64,000 nucleotides of DNA from contig JAQGDQ010000178.1 of the NCBI GenBank assembly GCA_030141605.1, positions 186,001 through 250,000 of the forward strand. Direction: 5' to 3'. Shown piece after piece: positions 35,620 through 50,602 of the stretch. The position numbers were made by a program, and so were the translations under genes. Position 1 is the stretch's first letter. The number at the start of each line of letters is the position of its first letter. The notes beneath the pieces are model-generated. The model searched no databases, was not told the origin of the DNA, and saw only the letters and a list, made by a program, of their open reading frames with translations. Source of the stretch: Tubiluchus corallicola. Lineage: Eukaryota > Animalia > Priapulida.

Positions 35620-36196
35620 TGTGTAGACTGTACACGTGCACCATAGAATTTCAACCTCTAAAAGGGGTAGCCTATACACCTGCACGACAGAATTCGGAAC
35701 CTCTAAAGATGGTAGACTATACAGCTGCACTACATAATGCTGAACCTCTAAAAACGGGTAGACTATAAACCAGCACTAGAGAATTCTGAACCCTTAGAAA
35801 AGGATAGACTGTACACCTGCACTGCAGAATTCTGAACTTCTAAAAAGGGTAGACCATATACCTGCAATACAGAATTCTGAACCTGTAAAAAGGGCATACA
35901 TGCACCTGCACTACAGAAGTTTTAACGTCTAAAAAGGTTAGACTATATATCTGCACTACAGAAGCCTCAACGTCTAAAAAAGGGTAGACTATACACCTGC
36001 ACTACAGAAGTTTTAACGTCTAAAAAGGGTAGACTATACACCTGCACTACAGAAGTCTTAGCGTCTAAAAGGGTAGGGTATACACCTGCAGTACAGAATT
36101 CTTAACGTCTCAATAGGGTAGACACACCTGCACTACAGAAATATTAACGTCTCAAAAAGGGTAGACCATACACCCCCAATACAGAATTCTGAACCT
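35620..36196. repeat. Minisatellite, about 45-bp unit, about 13 copies, just upstream of copy 3
   Basis: Consensus close to gtagactatacacctgcactacagaattctgaacctctaaaaagg, with variants. Confidence 0.93.
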
Positions 36197-39100
36197 GGTT
36201 TCGTTTCACTTTTTTTTTGCTAATTTTATACTTAGCCAGCACTCCAGCAACTGGATGAAAGGTACGTTTGCCTGTTATTTATATTCATTTTCATATTCGT
36301 TTTAAGTATCGCTATCCACTAAACCTAATTCGCTGGGTGACCTTGCATTCTAGGTGATTGCACCTAGTTTTTCTTTTCTCAAACGTGCCAGCCAAACATG
36401 TTTGAACGTGGCTAAGACACCGGCTCCGTTGCTTCAGTGATATAAGCTCCTCTCCCTCACAATTGTCTGGCGAACTGTGCCGAAACTCTGACAACCACAA
36501 ACGTGTCAATTTGTGCACTTTTTAAAGCTTTTTGTTCTCACATCTGTGGTACTTCCCGCGAAAGAAAAATAATAATACGAGTGCTTGTTCTTTGAAATGT
36601 TCAACGAGGTAAGCTCAATCTCATAGCACGTATTATAAGATGTCACAAATATTAATTTTGCAAAAAGATCTACGAATAGTTATTTTTCCTGCCCTGCAAC
36701 AATAGGACTATTTTGGTATCAAAGCTAATTAACAAATTACATTATAATATTGTTAAACTAACAAATTAATTTAATCAGTTGGTTGTCACACTTGCGGGAA
36801 TGAGCTGCTCATTAAAATGCTGAAATATCTTATGACCACTTACGATGATCATAAATTGCCTTGACCACAAGCGGTAAATGTAGCTTAGTTAGCGGGGGAG
36901 CGAAGGCCGCGGAGCACCCGTTTTTGTCTAGTGAATTAAAACTGCATTCATCCCGAACAGTAAAATGAAATGATACATTAATGTAATTTTGACGTCACTT
37001 GAGCTATTGCACAAATGATGTAAAATGTCAACTCTTTCGTTCATATTGCACTATCTTGTATGGATGTAATTTGTAGATTAATAATAGACTTCAAACATTG
37101 TTTAAGTTAAAAACTGCCTACTGTTCGGTACTGTGGCATCTCAAGTGTATGTCAGAAACTCTTGTATGCATATAAAGGTCTTTTCACGTAAATGGCTTTA
37201 GTTATTGCTAAGCAACGATTTAGCCTATTCACATAGTGTTTCAATTATCGAATTTGCGGTCTACTTTGTATATAGTTTATTTCAGTCTTAATTATGTAAT
37301 TTCTATGTTTTATGTTTTTGCAGCAGTATTGTTGCAACATATCGTTTTTCTGAGCTTTTCTTTTGTATAAAGGCCACTTTTGTGGGTTAAAAGCTTGTAA
37401 ATTTACATTTCCTCTTTTTGTGTTAAACAGCTTCTTGGTGGTAGTCACTGAATAAAATCAGTACTAGATTCAGTAACTGAAACAGAGCCAAGTTAAGAAC
37501 ATGTTCTTTTTGTCTACGTAGAATTGTAACTTTAGAATTTATGATTTTTGCTTCTAAAATTCTAAGATGAAAATCTGATACTTGTACGTAATTTTGAAAT
37601 TTGAATCATTGTCTGCACATGACTGATTGTTGTGTAGATGCTGGCTATGTCAGGTGTGGCTTGGTCTTGGTTTGTAGCTGAATTACTTTTGCTTTGTCTG
37701 TCTGGTTGAGTTCTAGTGGCTGTGGATTTGGTTCTTATCCACACCGGTATGTGATGTTTCACTCTATCAATCAGTTTTTAATATGTCGTTCTTTGTGTTA
37801 AAAATCGAAGTCACCATTTTTATACTTAGCGTGCAATGTGAATCTGTTTCTCCACAAACTAGTGTTTCAGTATTTTGTCACTTTATCGGTATAATATTAT
37901 TTCCAGGTCGTTTCCTAATACTGCGGTTGAGAAATTTTGCTGTAGAAAAACAAAAGATTTTACTAATGAAAACGCAAGAAAAATAACTTTTCATAATTGT
38001 TCTAGCTATTTTTTTTCACTTCAGACAGCAAGGATTAGATTAATCAGGTACAAGTTTAAGGAAAGGCCAAGCCTTCTGAGAAGTTGCACTTATTTTAATG
38101 TTTGCGCAAAATGTTAGAAGGATTTAGAAATAAAAATGTGACATGCACCTCATGTAATTAGTAAAATTATTTTAAAGTGGCGATCATTTCACTCTTGGGC
38201 GCTCAAATTTTGACACCCTGCGCATTCCGCATTTTTCCACCAATGACGTCGTTCAGAGACTGAAGAAAAGCATTGTCAATTTTCATCAAAAGTGTAATAA
38301 CTTTTTACAAATTAGCTGATTTTGTGATATTTTTGCATGAACATTAGGTAAGTTGTAAAAACTTGAATTAGTTGAAGCAGCACGCTCTTACGGGAAGTCC
38401 ACCAGTTAGGTCATAATTTTCAATTGAACAGCGGCTATATAACGATAGTCTAAATTAACTTTATAGACACCTTTTGTGCAAATTTCTTTGTATACATTTC
38501 TAGGTTTAAGTGATAACAATGAAATATACCCAACATGCTTAATGAATTGCCCTTTTCGTTAAAGCTAAATACTATGGTCTAGCTTTGCTGTGCAGACAAC
38601 GCCACAATCGGTGTGGTTGAATGAATGCATATTCACTATTGGCCCGCAGCAGTATGTTGAGACCAAAGATGCTAATAGTCGTGTTGATAGCAAAATGACC
38701 CCCTATGAGCAAATTACAATAATGTTTTGCACTAGTAGTTTCTATTAGCCCATATTTACAATGTTATCTCAGTATCACATACAGGATATTATTACTGTAA
38801 ACAGTTTGTACTAATATGTGTATATGTATTCTGCTACACAGTAAATATGTAAATATATCTTTAAAAGATTTTCTTGTTTTCTTCCAACTTATTGAACTTT
38901 GTTAAACCCAGAATGACGCCTACTTCTGCTATTTTGACTTTAATGCTGCATTAGCGGCCATTTTGAATTTAAAACCTTATAAGTTTTCCCCCAAAAGTGG
39001 ATTCATGGGAATTTCCAATGTGTTGTTCTAGGTGCCTCTACAAATGTTTTAATGCTGAAGTTGAATGTCTAATCACTGTTGTGTTGCGAGCAACTTTCCT

Positions 39101-41907
39101 ATACAAATGCATAGAAAATAGTCTGGTGCAGTACTCTAAACCAAAGTGAGGGTGATTCTTAGAAAAAATTCAACTATCTTTATCGGATCATGTCGAAAAA
39201 GGAAGTAGGGCTCAGGGACACATTTTTTTGGCTTCATCCACGAAACCAAAAGTATCGATATGATAAAGGTAGGACAGCAAATGCTTTTTTGCCTCGGGCA
39301 CGGCAAGCACTTGGTACTCCACTGTGTTCAGTTGCCTTCAAAGATAACAATAGCATAAAAATGGCCCAACTCTTTCAACAAAAACAGAGAAAAATGCCCA
39401 AGTTATCATATAGTGGCATAATGACTAATCCTCATTATCTGCTGTCTTACCTTTCACAAACCCTGTGACATCTTGCTCTGACAAATTTGGATTTTTTCGC
39501 ACTACGTAAGCTCGGGGAAGATCATAATTAGGAGCACCTGGATCATCAACACCAGCAACAGCAACATCAGCGACGTCTGGATGTGACATCAACACAGTTT
39601 CAATCTCACCTGGAAAGACCTAAAACAGAACAAATGCAATCACAGACTCGTTTGGAGGGCTGCTTTTATTCTGAATCTTTAGAACTGTCGTTCTTTTATT
39701 TTTTTGTTCCTTCTTCCCTTTGTTGATCTATTTTACTTGCTTCCCTTCTTCCACTTTTTAGTCCTTCCCTAATTCACTCACTCTATCTGCTCAAATTTTA
39801 TTCTTTTCTATTTATACATTTCTTTACTCCACTTTTTCTTTCTTCTGTGCTCATTTTTGTGTCTTTTGTCTTTCCTTTTCGAACGTCACCTTTCATTCTC
39901 TCCATCTTCCTTTTCTTCCACCTTGTTTTTCATTGCCTGCTTGTTTTTTTTCTTACTTTCTTTTACTTACTTTCTTCCACATAGTTTTTCTTAGTTTTTG
40001 CTTGCTTAATACTTGTGCGTTGGAATATAATGCGAAACGGAGAATATTAAATTTCATATAAGGCCGTTGCTGCAACGCTACGATAGCCTCTGTTTGCAAC
40101 CCACAAAATAATCGACATATTAGTACTAGTTTGTACCATTCAGAAAAAATTGAAAACGACACTCAGAAAGAATGTAGGCACACCCACCATATTAGACATC
40201 AAGTCTTTGCGAATGTAAACTTTAATCATGTTTTTTATTCGTTCGATGATCAAAAGATTTCCCTGTTCGTCGAATGTACCGGCATCTCCAGTGCGAAAAA
40301 AACCATCGTCAGTAAAAGAGCGAGCAAATTCCTCCGGGTTGTTCAGATAACTGGTCATCACTGAGGGAGTTTTGATCAAAATTTCTCCCTGACATCCGGG
40401 ACCCAGTGTTTCACCGGAGTCTCTGTGAACAATCTGAAACAAGCCATAATGACAGACTTTTAAACCTGGCGGTTGCAAATCTTCCGTTGTGTGAGTTAAT
40501 GGAGATTCTTGTTGTATGAAAGTGAAAGGAACTCCGAAAAGCTCTGTTTTAACCTTAATGAAAATGAAAATGCTAAGATCGCGAGCATGCATGCGAGGCC
40601 ACATTTTCATTTTATCATCATGGCCTGTTTACCCTACATATTAGGACTTTGATATTTTTTATTTGATTTTTGATATTTATTATATGTTAGAATTATTTTT
40701 TAAAAAGTGGGGGTGTTTTCCCTGAGCAAAGCCAACTAGAATAAGAAAAGGGAAACGGGAATGATATTTTCAAAAAAGTTAGACCGGATAATGAGCGCCA
40801 AATTTAATGTGTTTGCGTCTGCTTTTGCCTTGAGTAAGCTTTTGTAAAGTAGAACTGCGAGCTTCAGTGTCCAAACTATAAAAATACCTTCGCTTTGATA
40901 TTAGGAAGTAGAACAGTCTTGCCATCGCTGCTACAACAGCCAATTGGTTCTGCAGATACAGTTCCTAGTTCTGTCAGGCCGTACACTGAATGAAAAATAC
41001 ATTTTGTGAATTTTACTCAGTACTTCTAAAATCAGGATCTATTATACTCATAATGAACGTCTGAACTTATGAACAAATTAACAAGTTTAGCAAATCTGCA
41101 ATGCTGTGAATTGTATGTGAGACTTTTGGGATTTATTTGCTTTGACTTATAGACATGCAATTTTTAATAGCGCATCTGTGTATCACTATCATGTGTTATA
41201 ATTCCATACGTGTACAGCTAAAATACTTGAAATCGAAGCCTTCCTTTATCGCTACTGCATAATGTGAACATTAGATTGAACTTGGGTAAATATTTTTTTA
41301 ATTTTTTTGATATTACTTAGAATTATCCACTTATATTCGGCTTATGAAGAAGAAGAAATTAACTTATAAGCTACGCACAACATGGATAGGCCTTAATTAA
41401 AACATAAACAAACAATAAATGCTGATAAATGAATTAAATGCTTGTCAAATGAAGTGTACAAACGATACTGATGATGTTGTTGATGATGGTGACGGCGATA
41501 GTGATAGCAATGGTGGTGATGATGACACTGATAATCAATTGGTGCTAATGATATCAAGTGATAGCGAGTGAGATTTTCATCCTAGCGAGTAATGGTAATG
41601 TTTTACAAACTAAACGAAATCTTTCGTTTTCTCTTTGTCTTACATTGTCTTATATGAATGTGTGGGAGCTTTTCAGTAAACTCAGAGATGACAGATGGGT
41701 GCAGAGCAGAACCTCCACAGTAAATCACTGTTATGGAAGACAACTTCTGAGCACCATGTTTCTTGATGCTTTGAAGAAGTGCAATTAAAAGCGCTGGCGT
41801 ACAGACGAGCTTTCCACCTGCAAGAATCGACTGCAACGTCAGCTATGGTGTAATTATAGCGCCGATTTTGCTGTAATATGCACTTGTAGAAGAGAGAGCT
41901 AGGGAGC

Positions 41908-42370
<463 letters not shown>

Positions 42371-43465
42371 GTAAAATTAGACAGTAGCCAAATGTCGGCA
42401 TGGTAAAAAAGAGACAGTAGCCAAAAAACAGATAAAAATGCTCTAAAGGAGCAGCGCTCGAAAGACGTGTTCCTCTTTAGATAAACGTTTTCAAATCTTA
42501 CTTTTGCATAATTTGGCAATTCTTTTGTAACAAGAAAATTCTTTTAACAGTGTGACCAAAATAAATAAATGTAAATAATAAATAACTGTGCAAAGTCAAA
42601 GTAGGTTATGCAAACGATATAAGTAAAAATTTGCCCCACCTTGTAATTTTCTATCATTCTTAGGACAACATCCACCTCGTTATAGTTAGGAATGATGACA
42701 ACAGTTGCTCCCAGACAGAGTGTGACCAGATTTACCCATAAGAAGGAATAATTGTGAAAAAATTGCATCACAGCTAAGGTAATCTCACGAGGATCCAAAT
42801 TGGTTGCTCTTGAAAAAAATTCAAACTGAAAGACCGACTTCCATGAAGGTGTTATTTGACATCACAAACAGATACTAGAGCGAGTTAAATTCAAGGGAAA
42901 GTGCAATGAACTCGACATAAATAGAAGAGAGTTGCCCAGTAGATTTTAGAAAAGTGAAAAAAAATAAGACACGCAATATAAAGTAAACTGTTTAAGCACT
43001 CTTTTAAACTTTCAAAGCTTGGATTGTAGCTCTGATTTTTCTAAGTGATAACACTTTCTATTATTAACAATATTATACTTATCGAAGCTCATATCTAATT
43101 GGTATTAACTACTTACATAATAAGAGTGGCATTTGAAAGATAAAATTGCTGTGAAGAAAGTATTCCTTTTGGTGCCCCAGTTGTTCCGCTTGAAAAGTAC
43201 AGAGTTGCTGCATCTGTGGCTTTTACATCATTAGAAATACTTTCAAATATCGTGATGTCACTTCTTGGAATATATGAAAATGGTTTACATCCACTGACGT
43301 CATCAAAACAGAACACCTGCAAAATAGGTATTAAGTTTTATGAAAATATTGGTAAAGCTGCTACTTTTTGTATAATTTCATTTTAATTCTTTTTTCCTAG
43401 TTATTAGTAAATGTGTGACAGAGTACACACAGACACAGCATACACCCTTGGAGGGGCGGGGTGAC

Positions 43466-43745
43466 GGAGCATTTTGGCTGAGTGGTTATGGCACTTTGTT
43501 GCAAATGCAGCAATTCTGGTTCAAATCCGACTTATCTCAGGAATTTTTCAAACCACCTGATTGTAAGGCGCTAATCGTCTTCGTAGTTCTAATGAGCCGT
43601 AGTTGTGCAACAATGTTTTACCGGGGAGGAAAGGCCATGGAGTGAACTTTAGCCACTTGTTCCCTTTGTGAAAATGCTATGAAAATAGGCGTCATTATCA
43701 TCGTTCCAATGCCAGACCTGTTTGGCATGGACCATTCTTCTTTCA
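43466..43745 (+). mobile_element. tRNA-derived SINE in copy 4 intron 3, same family and position as 32465-32742
   Basis: TGGCTGAGTGG and GGTTCAAATCC boxes; colinear with the copy 3 SINE and its flanks. Confidence 0.8.
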
Positions 43746-44630
43746 TCTTCTTTTCCATTTACTGAACTTGTAACACTAAAACGTAATGTCTGGCAGATGA
43801 CTTCAAAAACACTACTAGCTTGATAGATAGTAGTCCTACCTGTGCTTTCTCCAAGTCAGCATCTGTCAATGATTTCACGCATTCGCAACTTTGTTTGTTA
43901 GCAAAAATATAATACGTACAACACCTTGTCGACGAGCTATGTCCAAAACTCTGAGCAGTTCGTCTGAAAAGTTTTAAAAACATGCAGGAATTAGTATTAA
44001 AACTTATAATACGCTGTACTATCCAACTGCTTTAGTCCATCATACCTTTGATTATCAAGTACAACTAAATGCAGCAATTGTTAAAAATGTGGAATCTTAG
44101 GCCATCAACTTTCTCAGAAGAGTGTAATCCATTACAAAAGAATTCATTTATGTTCAATGGTTTCTGACAATTTATTTGATATTTTTGTAATGACCAAGGA
44201 TCCACACAGATATGATTTTCATTAAGCTAAAATACACAATTTAAAACCATTTTTAGTCTTATTTCGTACTTAACAAACTTACGTTTGGTATCTTTAGGTG
44301 AAATACATGACACCACACCACCAATAGCAAGTGCACCCCACACCACCAACAAAAATTCCAGACAGTTGTGTGCAGCGATAAGTATGACATCACCATTACG
44401 TAGTCCATGCTGATACAGTCCACACGCTGTATGGCGAATAAGCTTCTTTAAGTCTTGGTATGTGTATGATTTACCAGTTAAACCTTCAACCTGAAATTTA
44501 CAGGAATAGGTTTGCTGCTGCTGCTACCTCTACTACTACTACTACTACTACTACTAAGCAGAATTCCCGAAAAATACAGGTATTATACATTTAGCATAAG
44601 CTGTGAAGGTTACTAGCATATGCAGAAAAA

Positions 44631-46177
44631 GTGTGTTTAGTTTTCTAAACAGAATTAACTTAGTACAGATTTATAGATTTAGTGGATAAGACACAAAAAC
44701 ATAACACAGAAATGATGCACACGGATAGACGTTTGAACATGGGTACTTTATAAGTGTAGTCACACTATTGTAACTGCAGTTAGAGACACACAGACATTGT
44801 AATGAATAAAATTTTTTATAATGATTGTACTAATGGTCTCTGTCTAAAAGGTTAGTAGTGCTCATGTGTAAATGAGGTAATGTAGGCCCACCTTTGGACC
44901 ACCAGTTATCTCAGGCTATCTCCTGAGAGTTATTGGTGCAAACACCTAGACTTATTATCAGCAAAAATTCGCTTCACTCGCATATACATATTTCTGTGAC
45001 AATAATAATGCAGTGATGAATAATAAAGTGGCTGAATTCAGATAGGTCAGATAGTAACTGTTCTTATCATGTTCATTGCACACAAAATGTAGAATTGTCT
45101 TCGCAATTCTCAGCAGTTCCAACAGTTTGACTCTTTTCTATTTTCATCGTGTTCACATCTTGTATTCAGTTTTACTGCTATGGTGCCACGCTTATTTATT
45201 TATTTATTTATTTATTCAGTTATTTACTTATTTATTATGCGCAATGTGGATTTGATAAGAACAGCTACTGCTGAATTCAGCCTCTTTATTATTCAGCACT
45301 TGGTGATTATTGCCAAAGAAAAAATGTGCGAGGGAATTAAGCGTGCTACATACTGAATTTCTCTAAACCCGTAGGTATACAAATGAAGTTAAAAAAATGC
45401 AGCTGATTTTATTTCTGTGAACAAAAAGTGCGCACTTGCTTACCACTGCTGTTTTTGTGCCGTGCAAAGTCATTTTTTCTTCAAGAAATTCGTACAAACT
45501 TCTATTGTCTGTCGGTAGGTCGACATCAGGATCAGGACTCGCGTAAATCCACATAACTCGAAACAATAAAGAAAATAAACCAAAATAAGGTCCTTTTTGT
45601 TATTTTTGTCAATAAAAATGGAGTACATATTATAGTCAAAAGAACTTCCACGGTATCTCGTCTTTTCCAAACACATTCAGAATCATAAAATGAACTTGTA
45701 AATTATTGCAAGCTAGTATAGAAACTAAAATAAAAATAGGACCAAAACAAAGAGAAAAAAGACGTAAAGAAAGTAATACTCACTGTTTGGAATGAATGTT
45801 TCTAGAGAAAAAACAAAAAAATCACATGCACACAAGCTTGATCCTACTCTGGTAACCTAATGTTGGAACTTTACGCTGCGATCCGGAGATAGCCTGAGAT
45901 AACTGGTGGTCCAAAGGTGGGCCTACATGACCTTATTTACACATGAGCACTACCAACCTTTTAGACAGAGACTATTAGTACAATCACTATAAAAAAGTTC
46001 ATTCATTACAATGTCTGCGTGTCTCTAACTGTAGTTACAACAGTGTGACTACACTTGCGAAATACCCATGTTCAAACGTCTGTCCGTGTGCATCATTTCT
46101 GGGTTATGTTTTCGTGTCTTATCCACTAAATCTGTAAATCTGTACTATGTTAATTCAGTTTAGAAAACTAAACACAC
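44631..46177. repeat. 293-bp inverted repeat pair (44631-44923 and 45885-46177) flanking coding exon 1 of copy 4
   Basis: gtgtgtttagttttctaaac...tctcaggctatctcc is the reverse complement of ggagatagcctgaga...gtttagaaaactaaacacac, with scattered mismatches. Confidence 0.92.
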
Positions 46178-47035
46178 GTTTGTCTAGCATAGTAAAAGAC
46201 ATGCAAAAATAGCTGATTATAGACTACTATATAGAATTCCGTACGTCTCTTCTTTTTAGCTCAAAACTATTGAAATGAGAAATGAGTGTCTGTTCAGTCT
46301 CCCACTGTTTTATTGAATTAATCTAGAAGAGGCAAAGCCTCACGAATAAATATGAAGGACCTCGTTTTAAATTTTACAATACAAGTAGTTTTGTGTGTAG
46401 CCACTGCCGAATGTTATTTAGATGAATGTGCTAATGATGAAGGTACCAATACAAAAATAAACTTTGCATAACGAGCAATTACGTGCCATTCTAATGTACT
46501 ATATTTTAAAACTATAACAAGTGTAAAAAACGCTCTTCTTTTCAGAAGAAATTTTGCCCCGGAGTATGTGGTTAGGTCCAAAATTCCTTTGTGAACACTG
46601 AAAGAATTATATGTTATATTTTTGTACTTTGGCTACCATATTAGTCGACCATCTTGGATTTTATAATTTTGCAATCCCTTCAGTATAACTTGAATGGGCA
46701 AACTGGATTCTTTGATCTCCAAAATATGTGATTAGGCACCAAAAAAATGTTCATTACTCTTTATTATTTGTCACTGATAATGGACATCTTTCAATGTCCT
46801 TTCCAGTTGTCAGTTTTTGGTAAACTTTGAATGACTGCGATACGTTACGTCGAACTGATAATTGCTTATTGTAATTACCTAATTAATTAATTATTGTTAA
46901 TCATAGGTTCTGTTCTGCATTGTAAATGTAGGCCTTTTCTCCATACAATTCAACCTGGTGCAAAAACATTTTGCTACGTGCTACTGCTGACCGTCAGGAG
47001 GCACTCAAAACCCAAAGCGATTAGGACCGGCATAT

Positions 47036-47253
47036 TCCGGAAGCTGACTTGTTACCACAAGCATTTTCCGGAAGCTGAGTTGTTACCACAAGCATGTTCC
47101 GGAAGCTGAGTTGTTACCACAAGCATGTTCCGGAAGCTGAGTTGTTACCACAAGCATGTTCCGGAAGCTGAGTTGTTACCACAAGTATGTTCCAGAAGCT
47201 GAGTTGTTACCATAAGCATGTTCCGGAAGCTGAGTTGTTACCACAAGCATGTT
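47036..47253. repeat. Minisatellite, 31-bp unit, about 7 copies
   Basis: Unit tccggaagctgagttgttaccacaagcatgt. Confidence 0.95.
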
Positions 47254-47930
47254 TCACCACCCATTCACCAACCGATTACGTTATAATTTTATTTTTCTAT
47301 ATAACAGATCACTAACCCTCGTGCATAATTATATTATTGTCACACGTAACGCTTTTTTGTAAAAGGTGATAAATAACAATTACTTACTTACTATAATGTT
47401 GGCGGTGTTCATATTTTTAATCAGTTTTTGTAACCATCCTAATTAAAACCTAATCTGTAGTTATTTGCAAAGTTAACAATCACAAATTAGACTTTAAATT
47501 TAACACTTGGTTTTATTGTCAAATTTTCACCAGTCCCCTTACTAAAACTTACGGTTAATAGGCACAATTAGTAAAAAAAACAGGCCTACTTAATTGTAAA
47601 ATAATAAAACCAACAATCCACGTGCTTTAATAATAATCTGAATAATGTATTTATAATCAATACATGACTTATAATCAGGTTTTTTCAAGTGTATACATAA
47701 ATTATGCTAATTTATAGTGAGCAACTTCAATGAGATTGGGAATACAGTTTATGTATATGGGAAAACAACTCCAAACACACTATTTAATGAGCTATGAAAA
47801 GACAGAATTCACAATGTGGCATTTACAATTAATCATCAAGCAAATCATTAAGTGTGCCTTCATAATGTTCCAAAATACTAAGTCTTTAAAATAATAATAA
47901 TAATAGACATGATTGTGATTTTTTATATCA

Positions 47931-48043
47931 TACAATCACCCCTGTTCTGTTACATGTTACAATCACCCCGTTCTGTTCCATGTTACAATCACCCCTGTTC
48001 TGTTCCATGTTACAATCACCCCTGTTCTGTTCCATGTTACAAT
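47931..48043. repeat. Minisatellite, 26-27-bp unit, about 4 copies
   Basis: Unit tacaatcacccctgttctgttccatgt. Confidence 0.9.
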
Positions 48044-48575
48044 GATAACGTCAACTTAGTAGATAAAAACAATAATAACGTTATAAGACAGACCATGACA
48101 AAACAAGTTCAATCATCACAGGCAGCATCACCAGGTTACTTTTAAAAACTACAACAGTTTGTTTATCTACAGCAATTAATGTTGCCCTAAATCGACAATA
48201 ATGTACACGAACAAGAATGCTAATAAATTATTTGAATAAAATGGTGTGGTTCAGTATGAAGGAAATCAAATACAGTGAACAGACCAAGCAACCCAGTAAG
48301 ATACACACATTTATACATGTTAAGATGGTAGTAAAAAATTATTAAATAGGTATAATTTGTTATCGTTAAACAGAGATACAAATTTTCTAGCTAGTTATTT
48401 ATTTGGCTCAGAGCCTGAAATCTGACTTAAAAATTATTATTATTATTATTACACTACAACGTTCACGAAGCATTACACTAGTATAACAGTCTATTATACA
48501 ATACCAGTATTTGCTAAAGGCTACACAACTTTGGTCCATATGCTTAAATACTTGATCATAATCGATAGCCTAGTT

Positions 48576-49021
48576 CAGGGGTGTGCAAATTGCGGCCCGC
48601 CGAGAGAATTTGTGCAGCCCAGGCGATTAATTGAGTGTATCCAGCTGAAGTCCGTGCCACGATCCCAAAGATAGTGCGGGTAGTTTTTTCTACTAGATCG
48701 GATGCCATTAACCCTTACGAGACAGTTGTAGCTTAATGTCGCTGTACTACACAGACTGTGTGATACACATTACTAATATGCATTGTAATGAAATTACCAC
48801 TATCTGTCCTGAAAGTAGAAATATATGGTTTGTAATATAAATTCTAATAACTTCTAAAATAGTTTCTTGAGTGTAGTAGTAATGATGCACGCAGGTCGGA
48901 TGCAAAAAAATCGTTATTAGGCCTTTCTGTACTTGTCTCCTTGATCAAACTGCCTGTGGCCAGCAAGAATTGCAGGAAAGTTTAATGTGGCCCGGCTAGT
49001 CAGATAATTTGCACACCCCTG
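48576..49021. mobile_element. Non-autonomous hAT (Charlie/Buster-type) MITE
   Basis: 16-bp TIRs CAGGGGTGTGCAAATT / AATTTGCACACCCCTG, subterminal GGCCCG motifs, and 8-bp TSD gcctagtt / gtctagtt with central CTAG. Confidence 0.9.
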
Positions 49022-50602
49022 GTCTAGTTCCAAACTTTCCAAATAATGTGTCTCGAATTACTTTTATAGTTTATATAATGTATATGAAAGTCATTTTATT
49101 TTTTTAACTGAGAGACAGCAGATCAATTGTTCAAGTCTGGCTATCATAAATTATTTACAAAAATCTGTTTAACTTTTCAATATAAAGTGAGCAAAAACAC
49201 ATTTGGTTTTGTTTCACATATGCTGATGCCACCAACAAACATCTAAATTCCAGAATGCCAGCAAGATAATAAAGTACTTTTCAATATAATGAAAATGTTG
49301 AAAATAAAATATGTATACAGTTCACCATAACACCATTATAATTTTGATGGCTAATTATTACACTATGTAAGCCAGTACAGCTGATTCCAAGTCGTTTCAA
49401 GGTATCGTAGGTAAAATAAAAGTTATCTCGAAAGTTCGTCACATTACATCAGCTAAAGGCTGCACCACACACATGCACAATTATAATCGTCAAAATAGTT
49501 CAATACAGTTCAGTGTTGTATCCTTGAAAATTATCCTTGATAAATTGCTAAGTTTTGGTCCTGCCACACCTGTTATAGGCCAATTTAAATATCGTTACCT
49601 CTTGGGCGTCAGACTCTGATTTGTGGAGTTGAATTGAGTAAAAGATTATTAATAAGTTTATATTTAATGTATGAACAATATATATTTTCTATAACAGGTG
49701 AACATAAAAGTTTATAAGCTACGTTGTACAAAACCTTACTAGAACAGGATCTCGTAAATATCAAAGTTTTATAATAAAGTTTATTCATATTGAGTCCATT
49801 CACGTTCATGTGCATTGTGAAATGCCTGTAACTAGCACTTTCAAAATTCGAAATACAGTTTTATAATTGAACCATAAACAACTATACATTCTCACTTCAA
49901 CCACGACAAGAAAACTGTTGTATTTTGTTTTTTGACTGCATTTACCGGAGTGAAACTTATCGTATTTGAAAACTCTGTGGTGAAGAAAATACGTAGCATC
50001 ATACCTTAAGACGTCAACAAAATAAAACAATTAGCAAGTTCATATCAAATCAAATCGTCAAGAAATTAAAACATTGTTTCTTATACATAATAAAGTTAAA
50101 ACAGCCTTTTGCCTGCACCATTGTAGATGTAGAAATACAAGCTTAATCTGGTTCAGGTTACCTACTTCGAAAATTATCAATTTGATAAAAAAGCACAACA
50201 GCTACACGTGTCTGAAATTCTCACAATCGTTTTTATACATAACGATAACATTCAACTACCTAAATAAGGGCTCTAACACAGGTAATACAGATGCGGTTAT
50301 AGAATGTATATAATTCGTAAATCCTTAACCTCACATTAACATAATGTGACTTTACTATATTTGTATCTAATATTGTATTTCCATACAGCAGTCAAACAGA
50401 TATACTCAAACCCACAGCCTGCCGCATTATCTATAAGAAATTTTAAATAATCTACTGTCTACAACAGAGCAGTCAGGACAGGAACCAAAAGAAGTTCTAC
50501 CGCACCAGTGTTGCCAGCACCACCTGCAGGAGAAAATTATAACTCAGATTCTTCGTGCAACCATATAAGCATGTGAGTATTTATTAGAGAAATTCCCGCT
50601 TG

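Noticed and set aside
38390-38440. Possible remnant of copy 4 exon 10 (ggaagtccaccagtta)
   Set aside because: Only about 11-16 nt match; flanks do not align and the frame contains stops.
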